DNA of 35,915 nucleotides, from the NCBI GenBank assembly GCA_024626585.2, contig JANKJI020000002.1, forward strand, positions 218,299,919-218,335,833, written 5' to 3'. This document shows, in pieces, positions 26,901 through 35,915 of this stretch; positions within the stretch are counted from its first letter, which is position 1; each line of letters opens with the position of its first letter. The notes beneath the pieces were generated by a model. That model saw only the letters and a program-made list of their open reading frames with translations. It was not told where the DNA came from and did not search any database. The translations under genes and the position numbers were made by a program. This stretch comes from Ginkgo biloba. Taxonomy: Eukaryota; Plantae; Ginkgophyta.

Positions 26901-27420
26901 NATATTATTAGATTGTAAATTTAGTCTCCAATTATCTAATCCAATAAATAAGCTTATAAATATCCATTTTCCCATCATAAGTTGGTATTTTCACCTTTGT
27001 TCAACATTAAAATTAGTGTTTAAGGTCTTCATTGGTAGTTAGGTTCTCATAGGAGTTATAATTATGCTACTACTAAAAGGAACATTACTTACAACATCAT
27101 TACTAGTTGTAATNNNNNNNNNNNNNNNNNNNNNNNNNNNNNNNNNNNNATAAAATTATTATATTAAGGATCATTCTATGTTGGTTTAATAATCTCTCTA
27201 AATGATCAATTATATCACCTTCATATTCTTATATAGTTCTTTTAGGACATTCCATTTAATATCCTCCTAACATGTTACTTAAATGAATTACTTCATAAGC
27301 CAATTTAAGATATCTAGTTCTTAAATAACCTACCAATTATGTATTTTCTAATTTATCTCCTTCTTTATGGTATATATAGTGAGGAAAAACCATTCATAAA
27401 TTTCATGTGTTAAAATACCT
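23990..27420 (-). pseudogene. Ty3/gypsy gag-pol remnant (non-chromovirus Tat/Ogre-type), element D, truncated in the integrase N-terminus
   Basis: Minus strand: EYKDVFTWPY (cf. EYxDVFAWSY, ~25880); RT MDLQKLNEITKNNPFPLPFMD...EIYSF/DGVFGSNQIRI..KTTF; RNase H FHLHISDSNISIG...EHPIYFAS...NYSSK*WEGL; integrase N-terminus KMGPNYILCRC, LNEAHYGFASGH, KIILVVLLWT. The gag/protease part (26.0-27.4 kb) is less certain. Confidence 0.88.
25576..25653. repeat. 39 bp tandem duplication inside the RT remnant
   Basis: 25576-25614 and 25615-25653 match at 37/39 positions. Confidence 0.9.
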
Positions 27421-29256
27421 AGGGAACTAATATAAAAATATACTTGATATTTTAATTTGGTTATTTACTAATGATATAAAACTACACTATAATAATAAAA
27501 TATGATCTAGAACCCATAATATATATATACCAAAAGAAAAATAACAATAATATTTATTACATCCATAATTTGTGATCATATATATAATATTTCTTTTATT
27601 AAATAAATAAAATATGAGGCCATATAAAGCAGTGTGAACATCATGAAGGTGGAATCAAAGTCCATAAATTTATATAGCTTAATATCCCTAAAAATAGGAT
27701 TGATAATTAGAGTGCATAAATTTACTACCTCACATAAGGATTATCANNNNNNNNNNNNNNNNNNNNNNNNNNNNNNNNNNNNNNNNNNNNNAGCTTAAAT
27801 ATTAATGAAGAAGAAAGAAGCCATGCTTTTTATCTTTGAAGAGATTTTATAATATTTTCAATTTGAAGCTGTTAATACAATTTTAAATTATTTATTCTCA
27901 ACTTCTTGGTCAAAATCATATGATGTGCATACTATCTTCATGGTATAAGAGATGATGTAGTATTAGATGTAGCATCTTTGTAGCTCTCATGCATCACATT
28001 AGGTTTTCTAGATATCCTATTATCTTTTCACTCTTTTATAACTTTGATAATTTTTCATACCCTTGAATTTCATCTTACCTAATTGATATTTTTCAATTCA
28101 ATTTCATCCATTGACCAAATTTTGAATCCCTTTATTTTTTTACCAAGTCCTTTTGTCATTTTCGAAGTCGTTTTTCATTTTGACAAATAGATATGCTTAT
28201 GGGATTTGATCAATAATGATCATATTAGATAAACCTCAATAATTTATTGGAGTCCCGTATATGTCATTTTATATATTTTATCATTTTTAGAATAGCTTTT
28301 ATCTTTATAAAATTATTCACTAAGGATTTAAAATTAAAACTTTGGATAAGTTTGGTTGTATTATCTATCCTATAAAATCATGATTTCATCATTCTGCTAA
28401 TGGAATAAAAAACCCTATTATACAAAGATTCTAAACTAGCCAAGATATTAGAGTTATCTTATTTCATGATGATGGACAATTTTCCATAATTTTATTTTTT
28501 ACTTATATTTTTTAGAACCTATTGTATATGATGTAACACATTATAAATTTATAATTATGTGTGAATTTNNNNNNNNNNNNNNNNNNNNNNNNNNNNNNNN
28601 NNNNNNNNNNNNNNNNNNNNNNNNNNNNNNNNNNNNNNNNNNNCAATGCATAAATCATAGACTCAACTAGGAGTTATATCCCTTAAACCTCATTAGTATT
28701 TTTTTTCCTAGATCTCGTAATCAAGCATGTCTAATTCTTAGACCAATTTTGTAGATTTTCTTAAGATTACCATCTTCTTTCCACTATGAAATTAAAGTTG
28801 ATAATTGTCCTTCTTATGTATATTTTAATTGGATCAAATATATATAAAGTTACAAACCTTGGCATATTTTTCAATATCGTACTATTNNNNNNNNNNNNNN
28901 NNNNNNNNNNNNNNNNNNNNNNNNNNNNNNNNNNNNNNNNNNNNNNNNNNNNNNNNNNNNNNNNNNNNNNNNNNNNNNNNNNNNNNAATTTCAATCCTAA
29001 AAAAATATACAAGGTGGAATGAGTATATGAGACTTAGTTTTATAATCTAAAACTATAGCTCAACATAAACATATAACTTTGGAATTCAAAGTGTATGAAC
29101 ATAGATAGATAAAAATCAAGTGGTGAAAAGTAATTAATTTTACTCAATTAGTTGAAGCTAAAATTTCATGAGTGACATATTAACACATGAAAAAATATAT
29201 CCCAATGAGAAAATTATAATTAATATAAATTTATAAAATATAAAAATAATATACAT

Positions 29257-29285
29257 GAGAGAGAGAGAGAGGGAGGGAGGAAGGG
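29257..29285. repeat. (GA)n/(GGGA)n microsatellite
   Basis: Direct reading. Confidence 0.75.
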
Positions 29286-30827
29286 ATCAATGAATGATGT
29301 AATGTGTCTATATTAAAATCAAAATTAATGAAGATAATCCATACCTAATTATGTATGGTTGTCACTTCTAATTNNNNNNNNNNNNNNNAATCAAGTTTCA
29401 TTCATAAGCATAGGTTATTTTAAAGCATTCCATATAACTATTCATTGTGAAAAGATGAAGAGAATAAAAGAAAATCTTTTTAAAAGGGAGTGGAACTTAA
29501 ATACAATTATTTTGAGTATTGTTTAAGAGTAAGATGAGGAAATAACAATACTTGTTAATCAATTATTCAAAAATAAATTTTGAATCCAATATCCTAAAAT
29601 GGTTAGTACAAAATTTTAATGTTGAAATAAAAATATTGGTGATAGANNNNNNNNNNNNNNNNNNNNNNNNTATATGATTAATAATTGTGAAAAATGAAAA
29701 ATTTTGGGATATTTATCCAAGAAGACCTTAGTACAAATTTTGGGAAGGAATTAGAAAAATAAACCAAATGAGAGTTGAAAAATATGCTACAATTAAAAAT
29801 TGAAAATCCTTCATTGAAGACTTATGAAAGAAAAAATGGCACATCAAAAGATAAGGTGGTAGCTAGAAAACAAAAAAAATTGAATCCTCATTAATATTAT
29901 AGCATATAAAGATACTACTAAACTCGTTAATTTTATAGAAGTATTTAAGTATTAAATAAAATTAAATAATTTTATTTGATATAAATAATGAAATATTTAT
30001 TTGGTTCTAGTGAGTCAATCCAAAATGAATTAAATGAGTGAAGGTACATAACACTTAATTTTGGACTATGTTACTAGGGAAACTATTTAGAATAATTGTA
30101 ATAAGAAGGTCATAAGTTTTTAATAAAAGGTAGTGTAGCATATTGTATTATTCCTTATAAAAATTAATTCATAAATTTCATTATAATTCAATAATATAAT
30201 ACCCAATTAGGGATCGAATTTGATAGGAAAGATCCTCTTTCCTTGAAAGTGCCTATTTATAGTATAAATTATTAAATCAAACATTAGGAATAATTGTATT
30301 TTTTGCAATATAATATTTTCTTGTAATATAAATGACTCATTTAAACTAATAAAATAAATTGAAACATTAGGAATATCCCTTCAAACCACTATTAGAGAGG
30401 AATTAGTAAGATATAAAATTGAAAATATATTCATGCATTACCCTTATTTTGANNNNNNNNNNNNNNNNNNNNNNNNNNNNNNNNNNNNNNNAAAAGATTT
30501 ATATCCCTTTTATGATGAGTAAAATGGCATGGGAAGGGCATTGAGATATTCAAATGTGATTCCTAGCCTACCTTAATTTTTTTTCATATGACTTCTTATT
30601 TTTAGTACTTAGATATGAAAGTAATTTATTTTCCCTTTATGGATAGAATTAGACTTACTTATTTTAACTAATCCATCCTAATCACATATCACTAATCTCA
30701 CACCTATNNNNNNNNNNNNNNNNNNNNNNNNNNNNNNNNNNNNNNNNNNNNNNNNNNNNNNNNNNNNNNNNNNNNNNNNNNNNNNNNNNNNNNNNNNNNN
30801 NNNNNNNCCATTGTTAAAATAGCATTT

Positions 30828-31877
30828 TCTTCCCCTAGTATTAGGTTTTTAGGTTAGGATTGTGGTTTAAAATAGACTCAATCTTTGTACCACAAAATAT
30901 CCCCCTTCCAAGTAAACAAGGATGACTCAAACTGTCCTTCTTTTAGTTTTGTATCATTTATTTTAATTTTGGATCTTGATCTCATTCTTCCATTATCTCT
31001 TCCATCCAAATTATAACTACTTTGGATACCATAAAGNNNNNNNNNNNNNNNNNNNNNNNNNNNNNNNNNNNNNNNNNNNNNNNNNNNNNNNNNNNNNNTG
31101 GATGATTTTAATATTGAACCCTTTTACCTTAGATACCCATTTTTTTTGTTTGGTTGATGATATTCTATGGTTAAGGAAGTATTTTAGGCCATCATGGTCA
31201 GTCTTGACCTTAAAGTAAACCCCTATCAGATATTGCCTCCATTTTCTTATTACATGTAAGGTAGCCAACATTTCTTTTTCATATGTAAACCTTCCTAAAT
31301 CCATTTTTAAGGCCAATGGACTTCCCTCTTACATTATCACTACTCCTATACCCTCTCCTAATGCATCACATTCTATTATAAATATTTTAGTGAAATCTAG
31401 TGTTGTTAAGACTGGTGTGATTATCATGGTCTATTTGAGAAACACGAAGGAATTACTCACATATTCATTCCACTAAAAGGAGTCTTTCTTGATAAATTGG
31501 ATGAGGGATAAGTATACTTGTGCATATAATTTAAAAAAAATCCTATAATAGCTAGTGAGTCATAAGAATCCCTAGAGGCCAATGATATTTTTTGGTGTTG
31601 GCTAATCCTCAATTACCTAAATATTTTATGGGTCTCCTCAAACTCCTTCTCTGAAGATGATATTCCACTTATGGTTTGTCAAATTTATATTTCTATATTT
31701 TTTCGAATAAGTGGTTATCTTATAAGAGCTATAATACCTTTTCAACATGGTTGACATGGTCTTATCAACTTCTATTATAAACCAAGATATCATCAAAGAA
31801 AACTAGTACAAACCTCCTTAGGTTTGATTTGAACACTTTATTCACCAAGGCCTGAAAGGTGGAAAGAGCATTGGTAA
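30828..31877 (-). pseudogene. Ty3/gypsy chromovirus (Reina-like) RT-RNase H remnant
   Basis: [32 protein letters not shown] (intact FFDD catalytic motif); IECDALGEGIGVVIM; ORF 31017-31316 TYEKEMLATLHVIRKWRQYLIGVYFKVKTDHDGLKYFL. Confidence 0.93.
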
Positions 31878-31977
31878 NNNNNNNNNNNNNNNNNNNNNNN
31901 NNNNNNNNNNNNNNNNNNNNNNNNNNNNNNNNNNNNNNNNNNNNNNNNNNNNNNNNNNNNNNNNNNNNNNNNNNNNN

Positions 31978-32547
31978 ACCAACCTTCGCACTAAAGTTGT
32001 CAAAGATAAGATTTTAAATTTTAAACATATACTCACCACCCTAAAAAATAACTTCCTTTTTTATCACAATCACATGAAATAAATTGCTTACCAACACTAG
32101 TCTGATCGACATTTCAACATAGGTGACATGGTCTTTTTTCTGACTACAACCATAAAAATAACAATCTTTGCACCACCATACTAAATAAAAGTTAAACCCC
32201 TATTTCTACGGCCCCTATTACTTCACTCAATGTATTGGAGAGGTTGCTTATGGCATTGACCTTACTCCTAGTACTAAGATCCATAATGTATTTTGTGTCT
32301 CCTATCTCAAAAATAAACTCAAATAATCCTCCTCCCTAAAGACTACCTTGTCGGTCCTCAGTGAAGAACAAATTTTAACTATTCCACCTAATTGCATCAT
32401 TTCTATCTATCAACATCACCTTTAGAATCATACCATTATATAGAATTTGGTACAATGGGTTGGATGTGAACCAAAAGAGGCTACTTGGGAGTTCGAAGAT
32501 TTTATTTTTGGTCATTTGCATCTTCTACTTTGAGGACTTGGCATCTC
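31978..32547 (+). pseudogene. Ty3/gypsy chromovirus integrase C-terminus with GPY/F motif and chromodomain
   Basis: DRHFNIGDMV, LQP, FYGPY...IGEVAYGIDL...KIHNVFCVSYLK; chromodomain LVQWVGCEPKEATWE (~32447-32491). Confidence 0.9.
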
Positions 32548-32558
32548 AGAGAGGGGGA
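32548..32558 (+). promoter_or_regulatory. Polypurine tract (PPT)
   Basis: AGAGAGGGGGA located after the chromodomain and 2 nt before TGTTAC. Confidence 0.8.
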
Positions 32559-32560
32559 TT

Positions 32561-32905
32561 TGTTACACATCCTCCACCACCTTGAGAGTATATAAACACT
32601 TGGAAGAACATGTAGAGAAACACTTGTCAGATATGTAGAGAGTAGTAGCACTTGGCATACATGAAGTTTAGGTTTATTATTATATAAGGAGGCTCTAAAG
32701 AGCTCAGGGATCATCTTTTGAGCTATTATAATCTTATTGTCTAGCATATTATGGTATTTCTCTTTTAGTCTTCTGTAATCAGTTATTTTTCTATTNNNNN
32801 NNNNNNNNNNNNNNGCTTGGTTCGATTATCTTTTGGCATATTTCTTGCATTTCCTTTGCAAATAGGAGCCCATTTTCTCCAGATACCTCGATTGATCTAG
32901 TGACA
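32561..32905 (+). mobile_element. 3' LTR (~345 bp) of the chromovirus element
   Basis: Starts TGTTAC after the PPT; TATA-like TATATAAGG at ~32681; candidate end GTGACA at 32900-32905 (imperfect terminal inverted repeat). Confidence 0.65.
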
Positions 32906-33489
32906 TATCATCCAATTAGAATAACTATGCTACCTAGTTATTTATATTAGTGAGTTTTCCATTTGAGCTAATCTACATGACAAGCATAATTGAATAACTC
33001 AATCAAGATATCTCCTTACCATCTAATAAAATGATATATATTTTAATCAAGATATCCTTGTGAGTGTCTTGGAAATTATNNNNNNNNNNNNNNNNNNNNN
33101 NNNNNNNNNNNNNNNNNNNNNNNNNNNNNNNNNNNNNNNNNNNNNNNNNNNNNNNNNNNNNNNNNNNNNNNNNNNNNNNTTTTTTACCTATAGTATAAAT
33201 AATAAATATAATTCAATGTTTATTTTCCATAGATTTATTTTTTAAATAGATGTCATCTAACAAATAAAAATATTACTCCACAAGTCTTCATATTATCAAT
33301 GTTATTCATTCATTACTTACTTTATGATAATTTAAGTTTTAAATAAACTCCACCTATCAAATAAGCATATAAATCTTTTGTATTAATTTCATCTTNNNNN
33401 NNNNNNNNNNTAAAAGATGAATAATAAATAAATCTTTAAAGTTTTATTACTATGAAATCTTTCTACCACTGTCTAAATAAAAACATTTT

Positions 33490-33755
33490 ATTAATGAGTT
33501 ATTAATATGGTTTATATTGTTATTAGTACTATTAATGGTAATTTATCATGTGTTATCATTATAGTTTAATTTGCTAATAGCACCATTAGCCATTAATGAG
33601 GAGATAGTTCATTTTTATAGAATACTTTATTAATGAATGAGTTATTATTATGATCTATATTGTCATTAATATTATGAATGATACTCTTAATGTGTTATTA
33701 TTATAATTAATTGATTATAAACACCACTAACCATCATTAATGAGGGGAGTGGTCA
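33490..33755. repeat. Degenerate ~143 bp-period tandem duplication
   Basis: aatgagttatta...tatattgt...atgtgttat...cacca(t/c)ta(g/a)cca...ttaatgagg occurs twice, starting at 33493 and 33636. Confidence 0.75.
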
Positions 33756-35492
33756 GACATGCCTTTTTTTATAATATAGTCTAAATTTTGGTTTTTTTAC
33801 AAGCACAAGAAATACACCACTAAAGACAAGACCTCGAATTGACTTAGACCCGAGTTAAGACAATGGAATCATTGATTTTGTCCTAGACAATAAGGTTTCC
33901 TTTTGTTGTTATATTCACACCTACATTAATATGTAAATTATGATTAGGTAAGGGTCAAGACATGACATTTAACAACAAAAGGGAAGGCATACCTTATAGC
34001 ATTACGTTTTCTAAAAGTCAAGTATGGTGCATAACGTGGAGTGCTCTTTATGGAGAGACGATAAAAAAGTGCATTCAACATCTACATATTCACTTGGGAG
34101 AAATAAAGAACTATTATTTAGAGAAAAAAGGGAAGAAAGGAAGAACTTGAGTGTGCTCAAATTCCTCTTTATTTCCTAGGGAGAAAACCTAAAAAGATTT
34201 TTCTGACTATTCCAAATTGTAAGTGCTCCATGAAATTGACATTGCATTTGTTTAATAAGGATATCCATGCCTTCACAAGCCCTNNNNNNNNNNNNNNNNN
34301 NNNNNNNGAACACAACCCATTAGACATTAGCAAGCTTAGGCTTTAATGTTTCTAAGGCTCTTAATGTATGTGGAAGTTGTGGGTACATCATCATCTAACA
34401 CATGTCTAACCACTATGGAAATTAATCACTAAGCCTCCTCATTGCTAAGTATAGATGTATCTCATTATATTTTGTGATCTGATAAATCACCTTTCTTATA
34501 TTTTACTAATAGTTTTTTTAAGTTTTATGATNNNNNNNNNNNNNNNNNNNNNNNNNNNNNNNNNNGATTTGTAGCTCAAGTAAGCAATATGAAGTAGGTC
34601 ACATGTTTAAACATCATGTAGTAAGTGACAATTCTACTCTTTTATGCATGCCCCTTAAATCAAACTTTTCATAAATGTATGCTCTCACTTTTTTAACTTA
34701 GCAATTACTATAAATATACATTTTATAGAGTTCTATTATAGTATTAAGATTTTACAAGGTCATTCATAGTACATATTATGAGATATACTTTAAAGAGAGG
34801 AGGAAATATTATTGTAGCCAAAGAAAGCCAAAATGTCAATGTCATTCTATCTCCTTTCCATCATATCTTATTTTTCTTCTTCTTTGATGCGAAAAGATAT
34901 TTCAATTTTTTTCTTCAAGAAAAGTGAATAATTTCACTATTCCTCCTCATGCACATCAATCACAAGGATTCATTTAGTATCTTATTTCCCATTCAAAAGA
35001 AATGTGTAAAGGCTTATCCTATATTTTCATGATAGAATTATAAATACGACATTTAAATCTTAACATTTTAATATACCTTACCAAACTCACTACCCCATAC
35101 ATTAAAGAAACTACTATAAATTATTACTCCTTACATCAACAAAAAATACGTGCTCACAATAAGGCACATAAAATTTCAACTTTGGTTATTTTAATAGATA
35201 TCCTTAGTTGTATTATGTTGTTATAAAGCATAGGATTGGTCNNNNNNNNNNNNNNNNNNNNNNNNNNNNNNNNNNNNNNNNNNNNNNNNNNNNNNNNNNN
35301 NNNNNNNNNNNNNNNNNNNNNNNNNNNNNNNNNNNNNNNNNNNNNNNNNNNNNNNNNNNNNNNNNNNNNNNATTATCTACGTAAGAAGCCTCCACATTAT
35401 AGTAGAGGAATTCTTTGCAAATATGGGGAAAGACCTAATGAAGAATATATGCAGCTTGGGCACATTTAAAAATGATCACTAAAACCATTTAA

Positions 35493-35565
35493 AATCCCTA
35501 AATGTTATGTAGGAAGCTAAAATAAACCATATCTAATCCTTAAATGTTATATAGGAAGCCAAAAT
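35493..35565. repeat. 31 bp direct repeat, period 42
   Basis: aatcc(c/t)taaatgttat(g/a)taggaagc(t/c)aaaat occurs twice. Confidence 0.8.
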
Positions 35566-35915
35566 GAGTTTATTGAATGGAAGAAATACCTCAAAATTAA
35601 CCTTGTCTTTTCCTCATCTGAATCAAGGGACATCTTTAGGAAAAACTATTTGTAAATAAAANNNNNNNNNNNNNNNNNNNNNNNNNNCATCCTTCTACCA
35701 CAAAGTTCTACCCCTAAAGTATATAAAGAATATATAGTTGATAGTACTAAACCATTTAGTAAGTTGTAATAAGCCTATATTTTCAAACACACACACATAT
35801 ATAATGAGAAATTATATATCTTTTGAAATTTTTTATACATGTGATTAAATCTTAGATTAATTACAATATGTAACTAAATTATGCCTTGTCTTTATAAACT
35901 ATTAATTATATGTTC

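Noticed and set aside
27790-28570. Possible decayed minus-strand ORF
   Set aside because: Strand-biased composition, but no motif I can assign.
30035-30055. LTR-end-like AAGGTACATAACA
   Set aside because: No PBS, partner LTR or coding context to support it.
33960-35470. Short ORFs / possible DNA-transposon remnant
   Set aside because: No transposase or host-protein motifs recognised.

Overview
AT-rich, strongly CpG/CHG-depleted eukaryotic DNA from a gappy draft scaffold; many gaps are exactly 100 N, the usual placeholder for unknown size. It is most consistent with intergenic heterochromatin of a large plant genome, and a gymnosperm/conifer host is my inference from the element types. I find no intact host gene, RNA gene or CRISPR array. 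The window is a graveyard of old, stop-riddled Ty3/gypsy LTR retrotransposons: (A) a + strand non-chromovirus (Tat/Ogre/Athila-type) gag-pol remnant at ~1.8-4.1 kb, with a possible decayed accessory ORF at ~8.3-10.9 kb; (B) a - strand pol with a 3' LTR at ~12.2-16.05 kb; (C) a + strand CRM-like gag-pol at 16.2-19.3 kb, whose integrase reappears at 22.6-23.8 kb after a repeat-rich interruption; (D) a - strand Tat/Ogre-type gag-pol at ~24.0-27.4 kb; (E) chromovirus (Reina-like) pieces at 30.8-32.9 kb with chromodomain, PPT and LTR. Most long ORFs in the supplied track are artefacts of N runs. I do not see a convincing novel biological system. The most unusual items are a ~170 bp CpG-rich island with exon-like splice signals at ~1.13-1.30 kb, an LTR flanked by both a PPT and a PBS, and the putative accessory ORF. 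Coordinates of degenerate elements are approximate and come from manual translation.
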